Origin: an uncultured virus (IMG/VR IMGVR_UViG_3300030106_006575)
Lineage: Duplodnaviria; Heunggongvirae; Uroviricota; Caudoviricetes
IMG/VR virus record: IMGVR_UViG_3300030106_006575
Length of the DNA stretch: 44,682 bases
Direction: 5' to 3' (one strand)
This document shows, one piece after another, positions 12,401 through 20,751 of the stretch. The notes under the pieces are model-generated. The model searched no databases, had not been told where the DNA came from, and was given only the letters and a program-made list of their open reading frames with translations. The position numbers were made by a program, and so were the translations under genes. Each line of letters opens with the position of its first letter. The stretch's first letter is position 1.

Positions 12401-14196
12401 GTAGCCAACTCAATATTACGGTTGGCTCAGACAGTCCGGGCTATGGTCCCGACCCGGATAGCTACGTTGGCGTGTCAGCAATAAGCACAAGCGAATTGAA
12501 CTGTCCAGATTTGGACATATGTACAAAAACTTTCTTGGTTACAACAATACCATCTTTAAAAGTTCACGAAGTTCCGTATTTTATGTGGTCAGGGAAAGTA
12601 GTGGACTCATTCCCAGTCGGACCCGACGTGGATATTGTACCTTACCGTACAGTAGAGAACGAACTTCTTTTTATGCTTGGGGCCGGTATGGGTGGGTACC
12701 GTGATTACCCGATCCCCATATTCCCCTCAGAACAACAAACATTTGCCGACTTGCTGGACTCACAGAAATCAACAGATGGAAAAGCTGAGTTCCGATCAGA
12801 TGATCCTGTGCAACTTTTTGAAATACTTAGGCTGGAAACACCGCCGAGAAGCTATGCCGATTTCGTTGTCGCTCGCAGAACAACAAAAAATACAGTCAAC
12901 CCAGATTTCGCTCACAAGAAATCAGATGCCACTTCATTCATTGAGCGATTGGAATTAAATCAGAAATATTATTATGTCTTCAGATCTGTGGATATTCACG
13001 GTCACATTTCAAACCCATCTCCAATCTATGAAATAGAAATGGTTGATTCCGGAGGGGCAACTTATCCGTTAATAAATATTTTTGAACCAGAGTTGGAACT
13101 ATCGGTCGATTCTGGCAAGAAAGCTCAACGATTAATACAAATAAGACCTGAGTATCTTCAATCTATTATTAATATGGCAGCATCCACAAATGGAAGCGGG
13201 GATACAGCCGCATCCCTAAACTCACCACAGCTTCAGACTTGCGAACAAGCTGGAGACAATATTGTGCTGGGCACGAGAGATAAAACCTTATGGGGCAAGA
13301 AATTTAAACTTCGACTGACTTCTAATGAAACTATGAGGATGTTGGATATTAATATCAATTTCAAGACAAAACTTATAGAGGATATAACTGAACAGACCGG
13401 AATTGCAAACCCTGAACTGGGCGCCCCAAGCTTTGGTACAGAATCGTCGTCCAACTATGGATCTGGGTATACCGATTCAGCAACCCCCGGACCTTGGGAT
13501 CCGATGCAGCAGTATTCGATGTATGTTGCATCATCAGCAGCTGCCACTGGATTGAACTTGACGGTCAGCCCAACCTTCGCCGGGATTGCGGCGCAGGAGT
13601 TCATAAATTTAGGGTTTACCCCAGGGCAAGTCAACCCAGATACAGGCGAGCTTTACACCTTTGATGAGACAGCGGGTACATGGACGAGCACCGGCGCCCC
13701 TCCACCTGCCGGCGGTTATGCTGGGCCTGGTTCTACTATAATACCCTTCTCAGATTTGACACTATCTGATTGGGCAGCGATTCAAGCAGCGCAAGATATG
13801 GATTATGACGTCATCTCCGGTCCTTATGGCGATTTCTGGCAAAGCACCTGGGACGCCGGCGATGTCAATGAGCTTGATTACGCTATGGACATGGCACCAC
13901 CACCCGAACCACCACCCGAACAACAAGCGCCCTATCATCGACCGCCTCCACCACCTAAACCTCCACCAACAACATCAGAAGATATACCCGACGTCGGATC
14001 ACCCGAATATAACGCATGGAAGCAACAGCAGATAGCTCAAGCGCCACCCCCCGCCAGCGGCCGCTCATCTGCCGGCTCTGGCACCGGCGGATCATCTGGC
14101 GGTTCTGGCGCGCCCACACCACCCCCCAGCGGCTCACCACCAGCTCCTAAAGGCAGCGGCGGTGGCGGCGGCGGCGGAGGCGGAGGCGGATATTAG
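9439..14196 (+). CDS. Large virion protein with FN3/Ig-like segments and a Pro/Gly low-complexity tail
   Basis: GTG start with GGAG at 9427-9430. FN3-like strands VDTQVKYNQGYTYMVKAY and LELNQKYYYVFRSVDIHGHISNPS; poly-Pro and poly-Gly C-terminus. Confidence 0.5.
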   Translation: MSLTKKYIYIHQSSQSDNAAPDSIRNALGRAWVPTTTTGMQYGWEPPGGTPERPFENIAYGPVIKWGTQLFNGVVLPARTQICSVSPSGWMFNDPGTGQSQSTSAEYCTLEDTSGFTGLLWDHPSPGAGTYWNYMFDDHHSYGNPIEILQKIINHRRMWYLGAYMPVEYVETSMGEDPFFPAAHPCGYRFNVLPPGQYTNPSQYGLWHNNVNGTFEDPPGPVRLFKDSWFQMSAPFSKGESANYSEDPEQTSRAISSNVTFNYNFYMKAYEQVLAGNTPFGTEYAATYTVTDAEGNEQELVTGATTDRGIGEITIPHLYLTVNSPGPVPYALYLQNNAYDRFTAFADLVLKTGYRDLLIPVKQQPFLQASNIYRTQFPMDATVSFGTDRNTFVADSLEDSKMDSVMLRRLSEVEEGASPPGNTLAMNQDMTYSYLRKYYDTISGDAANYGTVFERSIQTFDFYDWVKSLPNVPPSSVPLPEDHVFLGLANDSADMALKSGLYNVDFSFLANHIILSGKINEIAHKHLRTYEQMMLGHTPHSETLAYRISKYRTQDIIDTTQDVIGLVALVDSGLLSSDLVNSIAQGLTSDTSAAQELTTALNNPDNIEQLFSVFDTLGIEPIQNVWIPNSNSIDIIEYVDTQVKYNQGYTYMVKAYQLSVGTEYFYSSYNVYDPVVLEVSGDENAASPIAVAMTENYFAGPIGSGAASSNFIAAMNAASWDQIVGNVGYEIITGGVLFFFGQSYTSESPILNILINLGGGAGMYVPQIYSFLQGNNAASGITSPPVAISLMSPSMFSPGGMPEIYIHYVMPDNSQPPPIEIYGAAITGTGPRQWVAFWTSPAAAAGSYTPTACDQFHATVLQLQQNILYHTGLAEGLNFGAGSTYGSNDVLPDPSNLISPATGDYGTGVNWGVLPVYNENGQMAGVEYTMQPGGTPFNTFYGVEDAEDWLLGGSTQSPNSFDFSPGGGLYTEYSSTSAGLSSEQVYLGSQLNITVGSDSPGYGPDPDSYVGVSAISTSELNCPDLDICTKTFLVTTIPSLKVHEVPYFMWSGKVVDSFPVGPDVDIVPYRTVENELLFMLGAGMGGYRDYPIPIFPSEQQTFADLLDSQKSTDGKAEFRSDDPVQLFEILRLETPPRSYADFVVARRTTKNTVNPDFAHKKSDATSFIERLELNQKYYYVFRSVDIHGHISNPSPIYEIEMVDSGGATYPLINIFEPELELSVDSGKKAQRLIQIRPEYLQSIINMAASTNGSGDTAASLNSPQLQTCEQAGDNIVLGTRDKTLWGKKFKLRLTSNETMRMLDININFKTKLIEDITEQTGIANPELGAPSFGTESSSNYGSGYTDSATPGPWDPMQQYSMYVASSAAATGLNLTVSPTFAGIAAQEFINLGFTPGQVNPDTGELYTFDETAGTWTSTGAPPPAGGYAGPGSTIIPFSDLTLSDWAAIQAAQDMDYDVISGPYGDFWQSTWDAGDVNELDYAMDMAPPPEPPPEQQAPYHRPPPPPKPPPTTSEDIPDVGSPEYNAWKQQQIAQAPPPASGRSSAGSGTGGSSGGSGAPTPPPSGSPPAPKGSGGGGGGGGGGGY

Positions 14197-14224
14197 CATT
14201 AACAAATAAATTTATTTTAAGATG

Positions 14225-14254
14225 ACTATTTACATAGTAAAAGAACTATTTATA
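14225..14254 (+). promoter_or_regulatory. Tandem putative late promoters (ACTATTTA x2)
   Basis: ACTATTTA at 14225-14232 and ACTATTTATA at 14245-14254, just upstream of the GAGGAG SD and ATG 14270. Confidence 0.65.
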
Positions 14255-14269
14255 TAGAGGAGAGCATTT

Positions 14270-15175
14270 ATGGCCTTTTTAGATAACAGTGGCGACATTA
14301 TTTTGGACGCCGTTTTAACAGATACTGGAAGAATGAGAATGGCTAAAGGAGACGGCAGTTTCAGGATCGTTTCTTTTGCCTTTGGGGACGACGAGATCGA
14401 TTACTCCAACTATACAGCAGTTACCGCAAGTGGTTACGAGGATTTACAGATCCTTCAAACACCGATATTGGAAGCATATACAAATAACGCTTCTTCAATG
14501 AAATCGAAGTTGATCACTATCGCGGATACGAACCTGCTCTATCTTCCGGTTGTCAAACTTAACGAAGTCTTTTCAAACGATGTTAAACGCTATGCATCAG
14601 ATAACGTGTTCGTGGTGGCAGTTGATAAAGCTACAGCCCGCGATGATTCAAACCTAAACAACGTTGTCGGTATCTTCAACGGAGAGAATCTTGCAGATGC
14701 AAAAAGATTTAGATTGGATCAGGGTATTGACAACTCAAATATTGCGCCATCAACAGGGCTTGCAGGAAGTTTAACAGAAACGCAATACATTATTGAGATA
14801 GATAATCGTTTTGGATCGATTTATTCTCCAGACGGATCCGCAGCAGCCGCGATTTCTTACATTGATGACGATCAAATCGCCAGCTATTATCTAACTCTAG
14901 ACAGTAATCCAAGTTTTATTACAAGCAACACCGTTACAGATGAAGGCGATGCTGCTGCAACACAGACTATCACCGGCGCCCGCGGCACGATTATACAGTT
15001 TAAGATTAAGTCTTCTATTGACTTGCAATCAAGTACGAACTTGTTTACTAAACTTGGCTCGACGAGGACTATTGAAACTGTATCTTGCCGCATCATCGAT
15101 ACTTTTGTCAGGGTAACAGGTCAGCGAACGGGATACAGAGTTGATATTCCAGTCAGATTCATTAAGAAGGTTTAA
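14270..15175 (+). CDS. Virion (baseplate-associated) structural protein
   Basis: N-terminal LTxxGRxxxAxG..FAFGDDE resembles the start of tail-collar/DUF3751-type domains; strong SD. Confidence 0.55.
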   Translation: MAFLDNSGDIILDAVLTDTGRMRMAKGDGSFRIVSFAFGDDEIDYSNYTAVTASGYEDLQILQTPILEAYTNNASSMKSKLITIADTNLLYLPVVKLNEVFSNDVKRYASDNVFVVAVDKATARDDSNLNNVVGIFNGENLADAKRFRLDQGIDNSNIAPSTGLAGSLTETQYIIEIDNRFGSIYSPDGSAAAAISYIDDDQIASYYLTLDSNPSFITSNTVTDEGDAAATQTITGARGTIIQFKIKSSIDLQSSTNLFTKLGSTRTIETVSCRIIDTFVRVTGQRTGYRVDIPVRFIKKV

Positions 15176-15189
15176 TAGGGAAATAACAA

Positions 15190-16290
15190 ATGGCATCTAC
15201 ATACAAAACTTTTAGCAACAACGATTTAGCTACAACTAGGACCCTTCTTCACGAAGTTATTCCTATTACTGGTTCAATCGTTTCCGGAACTTACGTCGAG
15301 GGTACTACCAATGAGACTAACATTAAAAACTATGCTCATGGTATGTTTCAATCAGTTTACGACTATCCGTATCTGAGTTCATCGGCTAATCATATCTTTG
15401 ATATCACTATTGGGTATCCATCCGATTCGTCTTTTTATGATGCATCTGCGATAGCTCAACAAATGCAAGACAAAAAGGTTAACATCTACAACCAAATGGC
15501 ACAAATGCTTGTTGGTTTCGATCACACCGGCGCGATCCGACAGTTTGATCAAGATGGCGACCTGACCGGCGGCTCTAAGATTAAAGAGGCGTTCTTCCTC
15601 TCTTTCGCTCGGTTGCTGACCAAGGATGAAATCCAAAAGAGCACGTTTAGAATGTCGTTTGCAACAGGAGGCGCAAGCCTTGCAACCGGTGATACAAATG
15701 GTGTGCGATTCGCCCACGCCATGACCGTCGGAGATTATGGTGCTGACAGCGCTTATAAAGTCAACTCGCCCGCTGGTGAGTATGGTATCCTATACACAAG
15801 CTCGGCAACCGCTAACGAATCTTCGGGTGTTGGACTGATCTATTATCAAGCAGGAGTTTGTGTCTTGACAGCTTCAGTATTTACCTCGTCGGCCGCGAAT
15901 GACTTTGGGTCGGTATTCGGAACTTCCGCAACTTCCGCTGACACTAGAAATATCAACACTGTTATGTCGGGTACTGCGATTTCTGCATCCGCAGACGGTT
16001 TCCGGGCCCGATTGATTAATGTTGAATTTAATAACACTACAGAACTTAACAGTACAATTTATTTCTGCCGCGCCCAAGCAGGTGACTTTAACTATAGCTC
16101 AAACCCAACTTATCTGAATAGTAGTAAGATTCGAACCAAGGAAGTCTCTTCAGACGCTCCCGTTTCTTATATAACGACCGTTGGGCTGTATTCCGCCGAC
16201 AAAGAGTTGTTGGCTGTTGCTAAGTTATCGGAGCCTCTCAAGAAGACTCCTTCAAACGAGCTTACACTGCGTGTCAGGCTGGACTACTAA
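15190..16290 (+). CDS. Virion (baseplate-associated) structural protein
   Basis: C-terminal YITTVGLYSADKELLAVAKLSEPLKK..LRVRLDY motif; paralogous to the next gene. Confidence 0.6.
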   Translation: MASTYKTFSNNDLATTRTLLHEVIPITGSIVSGTYVEGTTNETNIKNYAHGMFQSVYDYPYLSSSANHIFDITIGYPSDSSFYDASAIAQQMQDKKVNIYNQMAQMLVGFDHTGAIRQFDQDGDLTGGSKIKEAFFLSFARLLTKDEIQKSTFRMSFATGGASLATGDTNGVRFAHAMTVGDYGADSAYKVNSPAGEYGILYTSSATANESSGVGLIYYQAGVCVLTASVFTSSAANDFGSVFGTSATSADTRNINTVMSGTAISASADGFRARLINVEFNNTTELNSTIYFCRAQAGDFNYSSNPTYLNSSKIRTKEVSSDAPVSYITTVGLYSADKELLAVAKLSEPLKKTPSNELTLRVRLDY

Positions 16291-16302
16291 AGGGGGCCGT
16301 GG

Positions 16303-17517
16303 ATGCCCGTATATTTACACAAGTTCGGACCAGACGACATATTTCATAATAGAGTAAAGACTCATCCGCAGTATGAGTTTTTAATCTATGATTCGGTGGT
16401 TTATTATAACAACCGTTCATTGCAGTCTGGTTCGTTCACACCAAGTGTTCCTAATGTTAACCCTGGTTTTGTGAACCTTTATGAGATGAACGTTGACCGT
16501 CTCAAGGGCTCAACTGGGCTTATTCATCCAATGATTATTAAAGGCGGACACCAAGCCATCCTTAAGGTTGGATCAGGTGGAACGCTTACAGACACTGACT
16601 GGATGACACAGTATACATATGGAAGCAAAATAACTGGCTCCTATTCGATGTCAGCCTCTATCTCACGGGATTACTTTGCTGCAAGCGCAGATAGAAAGCG
16701 GGTTGATGCATTAAAGAATACTTTTAACTATTATGTCCCCGTTAGCAAACATTATCAGTTCTCGTCTTCTATGGGAGAGAAGTCAAATCAAGCGCTCAAC
16801 TTAATATCAATCCCATCTATATTCTATGGATCCGCAATCAAGAAGGGCAGCGTAGACTTAAGATTTTATGTTACCGGAACTATGGTCGGACAACTAAGAG
16901 ATATAAACCGTAATGGTGATCTCGTCCAGGTTGCTCCGTATGGTAGCCCCAACTCTGGCTCAGTTGCTGGGGTTGCTCTTTATAACGAAGGCTTTTTATG
17001 CCTCACTGGAGCTTGGTCTATCAATGATCGTGAGTTGAAATATACCGGCGGGACTACTGTTGATGAAGCGAAGTGGTTATATTTTGGCGTCGGAGCTAAT
17101 GATGGTATATCCGGCTCGGCAGGAGAACTCGCCTCTACACAGACCAGATCATCAGCAAGCTTTTATATGGCTTTCTCGGGTACTCATATCGTCCCGAACG
17201 TTACGATGATGGCTCACGCTGAGCGCGGGAAAGTAAACTGGTCAAACAACCCGACATACATTGACTTGGAAAGTAGTGCATCCTTTGCAAACCCACTTAC
17301 AGGTAACTATCAATATGTTGAGAGAGATATAATTATTAAAAATACTGTAAGTGCATCTTTCGCAGAGCCAACAGCAAGTTTTCAAAAAAATACTTATATC
17401 AGCAAAGTTGCAATTTATGATGAATATAAAAATGTTATTGGTATAGCGACTGTTGCAACACCTGTCAAGAAAACTGAAGATAGGGACTTGACATTTAAGC
17501 TTAAACTTGATATATAA
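16303..17517 (+). CDS. Virion (baseplate-associated) structural protein, paralog of 15190..16290
   Basis: Shares NxSxNPTY, GxxxYxxG and the C-terminal YISKVAIYD..IGIATVATPVKK..FKLKLDI with the upstream gene. Confidence 0.6.
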   Translation: MPVYLHKFGPDDIFHNRVKTHPQYEFLIYDSVVYYNNRSLQSGSFTPSVPNVNPGFVNLYEMNVDRLKGSTGLIHPMIIKGGHQAILKVGSGGTLTDTDWMTQYTYGSKITGSYSMSASISRDYFAASADRKRVDALKNTFNYYVPVSKHYQFSSSMGEKSNQALNLISIPSIFYGSAIKKGSVDLRFYVTGTMVGQLRDINRNGDLVQVAPYGSPNSGSVAGVALYNEGFLCLTGAWSINDRELKYTGGTTVDEAKWLYFGVGANDGISGSAGELASTQTRSSASFYMAFSGTHIVPNVTMMAHAERGKVNWSNNPTYIDLESSASFANPLTGNYQYVERDIIIKNTVSASFAEPTASFQKNTYISKVAIYDEYKNVIGIATVATPVKKTEDRDLTFKLKLDI

Positions 17518-17518
17518 T
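17488..17518 (+). promoter_or_regulatory. Sigma70-type promoter for the resolvase (possibly leaderless transcript)
   Basis: TTGACA 17488-17493, 17 nt spacer, TG-n-TATATA(AT) 17508-17518; ATG at 17523 has no SD. Confidence 0.55.
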
Positions 17519-17522
17519 ATAG

Positions 17523-18050
17523 ATGATATTAGGATTAGATATATCCACAAGCATTACCGGCTATACACTTATTGACGAAGATAAAGTAGTTCTTAATGGT
17601 GCTTGGGATACACGGAAATATAAAGATTTTTTTGAAAAGGTGATTCATGTTAAAGCAGGGCTTGACGAGGTTAACGAGCAATACGGAAAAGAGATTGAAG
17701 CTGTTTATATCGAACAGTCGCTACAATCGTTCCGTTCAGGCTTTTCGTCTGCAAAAACTCTTTCAACTTTGTCTCGTTTTAACGGCATCGTGTCTTGGCT
17801 TGTTTTTGATCAATATAAGATCAAGCCAGAGTATATCGCAGCAACCTCAGCCAGAAAACTATGTGGCATTAAAATACCGAGGGGCGAAAAGGCGAAAGCT
17901 GTTGTCTTAAAGTATTTACTTGACAACGAGCCTGGTTTTGTGATAGAGTATACTCGTAATGGCAATCCAAAACCAGAGTCTTATGATAGGGCAGATTCAT
18001 TGGTGATCGCTAAAGCGGGGGTAATATGCGAGAGGAAAAGCTCAAAATAA
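17523..18050 (+). CDS. ruvC: RuvC-like Holliday junction resolvase
   Basis: RNase H-fold acidic motifs ILGLDIS, VYIEQ and DRADSLVIA. Confidence 0.8.
   Translation: MILGLDISTSITGYTLIDEDKVVLNGAWDTRKYKDFFEKVIHVKAGLDEVNEQYGKEIEAVYIEQSLQSFRSGFSSAKTLSTLSRFNGIVSWLVFDQYKIKPEYIAATSARKLCGIKIPRGEKAKAVVLKYLLDNEPGFVIEYTRNGNPKPESYDRADSLVIAKAGVICERKSSK
17920..17949 (+). promoter_or_regulatory. Possible sigma70-type promoter for primase, inside the resolvase CDS
   Basis: TTGACA 17920-17925, 18 nt spacer, TG-n-TAGAGT 17941-17949. Confidence 0.35.
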
Positions 18051-18955
18051 TTAAGAATGTTCTTGGTCGAGGCTATCACTCGGGACACGAGCATCTTTTT
18101 CATTGTCCATTTTGCGAACATCATAAGATGAAGATGTCCGTCAATGTGGACAAATCTGTTTTTAAGTGTTGGATTTGTGATAAGTCAGGACGCGATCTTG
18201 GCTATATCGTTCGCAAGTTTGGAACACGTATGGATCGAGATGAGTGGTCTAAATATGAAGACAAAGTTGAGATTACAGATTTTGACTTTCTATTTAAGGC
18301 GCCTGATACACCCGTAGAGCAACGAGTTGACTTACCCGAGTCCTTGGTTAGCCTCACCGGTAAAACGCCTTCAGCGACCGCTAAGGTCGCTTTACGGTAC
18401 TTGTCAAAGCGCGGGATCACCAAGGCTGATATTCTCAAATGGAAAATAGGATATTGTCCGGACGGCGAATATGCTGGACGGGTTGTTATTCCATCGTTTA
18501 ACGAGAATGGCTACGCAAACTACTTTATTGCACGTTCATATGGTGATGCTTGGCCACGATATAAGAATCCACCTGCTAGCCGTGATATTGTTTTTAATGA
18601 ATTGTATGTAAACTGGGATGAGGACTTGACAATAGTTGAGGGTGTTTTCGATGCGATCAAGGCTGGCAACGCTATTCCTCTTCTTGGATCGACCTTGCGT
18701 GAAAGCTCTGCTCTTTTTCAGGCGATTGTTAAAAGCGGCAGAAGAGTTTTCTTGGCATTGGACGAAGATGCATCCAAAAAAACAAGAGCCATTTCTAGAA
18801 TGTTTTTGAGATATGGTGTAGAAGTCTACGTGGTTGACACATCTGATATTGAAGATGTTGGTGAGATGTCCAAAGAAGAGTTTGAAACTCGCAAAGAGAA
18901 TGCGGCTTTTATTGAAAAAGATAACTATTTATTGCAAAGGCTCTCTGCTATTTAA
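18026..18955 (+). CDS. DNA primase (zinc finger + TOPRIM)
   Basis: CPFC..CWIC zinc ribbon; GRVVIP; TOPRIM IVEGVFDAI and LALDED. Confidence 0.88.
   Translation: MREEKLKIIKNVLGRGYHSGHEHLFHCPFCEHHKMKMSVNVDKSVFKCWICDKSGRDLGYIVRKFGTRMDRDEWSKYEDKVEITDFDFLFKAPDTPVEQRVDLPESLVSLTGKTPSATAKVALRYLSKRGITKADILKWKIGYCPDGEYAGRVVIPSFNENGYANYFIARSYGDAWPRYKNPPASRDIVFNELYVNWDEDLTIVEGVFDAIKAGNAIPLLGSTLRESSALFQAIVKSGRRVFLALDEDASKKTRAISRMFLRYGVEVYVVDTSDIEDVGEMSKEEFETRKENAAFIEKDNYLLQRLSAI
18924..18954 (+). promoter_or_regulatory. Putative late promoter(s) for the small-protein array
   Basis: ACTATTTA 18924-18931 and GCTATTTA 18947-18954 at the end of primase, before GAGG SD and ATG 18971. Confidence 0.5.
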
Positions 18956-18970
18956 TGAGGAAACATAAAA

Positions 18971-19291
18971 ATGAATATTACCGTAGACAAACTTAGAAAG
19001 ATTATTATAGAAGAGGTGGAAAGAGCCGAAAAATTGGATGAAGCGACATCCACTATGGAATTTCCTAAGACTTCTGGACCCAGAATGGATCTAGGCTCTA
19101 TCGAGCAACCTGTAGAACAAGACAGTCCAGAGTATAAAGACTTCCAAACATTGACAAATATGCGTGCCGGCGCAGAGTCCAAAAATATTGAAGACCCTTA
19201 TTATCAAGGCTTTCTTGATAGTGTTTCAATGGCAGCTTGGAACCTGATGAATTATTTAAGTGCAGTCGACAAATCAAAAGAAGAAGTATAA
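18971..19291 (+). CDS. Small acidic protein with variant leader (MNITVDKLRKIIIEEV); putative internal head protein
   Basis: SD GAGG; leader shared with the downstream genes. Confidence 0.6.
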   Translation: MNITVDKLRKIIIEEVERAEKLDEATSTMEFPKTSGPRMDLGSIEQPVEQDSPEYKDFQTLTNMRAGAESKNIEDPYYQGFLDSVSMAAWNLMNYLSAVDKSKEEV

Positions 19292-19294
19292 ACA

Positions 19295-19675
19295 ATGAAA
19301 ATAACAAAAACACAACTTAAGCAGATTATTAAGGAAGAACTGGAACTTCTTGAGGAAGAGAAGGGAAAACTCCCTCCTAAAGTATTTGCAAAAGCAGCAA
19401 AGATTCGCAAGGAACCTGGCAACGAGGATATGAAACAAGATCAGTCCCTTGCAATCGCAGCTGATATGTTGTTGGAGGATGGGCATACCGATATTCCTTC
19501 TGCACGTCGCAAACTAAAAACTTCTATTGAAGACGCAGCACAAATCTTGGAAGCTCTTGACCAAATGCAAGACGAGGATGAACTTCCTTCTTGGTGGATG
19601 AGCAAGATAACATTAGCCGCAGATTATTTAAATAAGTCCCGTGACTATCTTTTGACATCAGGAGAAACAGAGTGA
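19295..19675 (+). CDS. Small protein with MKITKTQLKQIIKEEL leader; putative internal head protein
   Basis: Leader motif; helical C-terminal domain ELPSWWMSKITLAADYL. Confidence 0.65.
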   Translation: MKITKTQLKQIIKEELELLEEEKGKLPPKVFAKAAKIRKEPGNEDMKQDQSLAIAADMLLEDGHTDIPSARRKLKTSIEDAAQILEALDQMQDEDELPSWWMSKITLAADYLNKSRDYLLTSGETE

Positions 19676-19719
19676 TGAAAATAACAAAAACACAACTTAA
19701 GCAGATTATCAAGGAAGAA
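19295..19719 (+). repeat. 45-nt direct repeat encoding the shared leader (19295-19339 and 19675-19719)
   Basis: atgaaaataacaaaaacacaacttaagcagattat(t/c)aaggaagaa, 44/45 identical; more diverged copies at 19896, 20215 and 20752. Confidence 0.9.
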
Positions 19720-19899
19720 TTAGATTCAATTGCAGAAAACACTGAACCAATGTTAAACATGGCAGTTGGTGACGAGATAGAGGGCCTAATAAACAGGGTT
19801 ACGAAAGCCTATAATACCACAGCCGATGAGGTTATCGCAGCAATCCAAGACAACATCCTTACGCCCGCTCAGAAAGAGGCTATAGGAACATTACAATGA
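19675..19899 (+). CDS. Small protein with MKITKTQLKQIIKEEL leader
   Basis: ATG overlaps the upstream TGA; AGGAG SD; leader motif. Confidence 0.65.
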   Translation: MKITKTQLKQIIKEELDSIAENTEPMLNMAVGDEIEGLINRVTKAYNTTADEVIAAIQDNILTPAQKEAIGTLQ

Positions 19900-20228
19900 A
19901 AATTACAAAATTACAACTCAAAGAGATTATCAAGGAAGAATTAGAAGCCATAAGCGAAGTGGAGTACGACGAGCATGGTCCGATGTACCATGAGCCTGTC
20001 GAGGGCGAGACAACCCCAGACGACGCAGAAGTGCTCGTCCCCGGGTATGGTGGTCTAGAAATAAGGCAGATAAAAAGCAAACTATTCAAAATGCTACAAC
20101 AAGCGGCACAAGATGATTCTTTGTCCACTTTTGATTCGCTTATCCAAAGCGGCGTAATGATGGCGCTTTACGAGACGCTGGCAAAACACAATACACTATC
20201 CCCGGAGGAGCAAAATGAAAATTACTAA
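19896..20228 (+). CDS. Small protein with MKITKLQLKEIIKEEL leader
   Basis: ATGA overlap with upstream gene; AGGA SD; leader motif. Confidence 0.65.
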   Translation: MKITKLQLKEIIKEELEAISEVEYDEHGPMYHEPVEGETTPDDAEVLVPGYGGLEIRQIKSKLFKMLQQAAQDDSLSTFDSLIQSGVMMALYETLAKHNTLSPEEQNENY

Positions 20229-20733
20229 AACAAGGCTCAAGGAAATCATTAAAGAAGAGCTTACAGCAGACCAAGAAGAGAGAAAAAAAGAACTCGAAGA
20301 TGAGCTAAAAGCTCTCGACCATTTGTGAGTGAAGGAAGGAAGGCTGAGTTCAGCCTTGCAAGAGAGATACGGAATCGGAAACGTCGTAGGAAAAGTTCTT
20401 TGGCACTCCTTAAATGAGAACGGCGAGATTGGGGTCTATGATATGAAGTTTGGAAACACTATTGTTCGCAACTTGTTATCTGAGGATATCAAGCCTGAAA
20501 ATATCAACGAGCACACTCACAGCCCAAGACGCGAAGATGATCCTGACCGCGTTGATGAAGACATATCAACATTGGTCGATTTGGCCAACGATCCAGAGAC
20601 AATGAAAATGCTTGCTCAAGCTTTTGTTAAGCTTGCAAAAAATATGGCTCCCGTAGCTGGAGGAGCAGGACTTATAGCTCTTGCCCAAAAGGTACTTAGC
20701 CAGCCAGCACCACAGGAAGATCCTGAAGGCTGA
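20215..20733 (+). CDS. Leader-bearing His-rich protein with in-frame TGA at codon 38; candidate selenoprotein (172 aa)
   Basis: SD GGAGGAG 20204-20210, ATG 20215, MKITKTRLKEIIKEEL..ALDHL, TGA 20326-20328, then the same frame continues as the track ORF 20329..20733, which has no SD; SECIS-like hairpin follows. Confidence 0.6.
20340..20357 (+). promoter_or_regulatory. Candidate bacterial SECIS element
   Basis: AAGGCUG-AGUU-CAGCCUU: perfect 7-bp stem starting 11 nt after the UGA, loop 18 nt after the UGA with G at position 2 followed by U. Confidence 0.6.
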
Positions 20734-20751
20734 TTTCATAAGGGATTTGAA

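Noticed and set aside
20329..20733. Independent GTG-initiated 134-aa gene as given in the ORF track
   Set aside because: No SD, a stable hairpin just inside the start, and in-frame continuity with a strongly initiated leader; disfavoured but not fully excluded.
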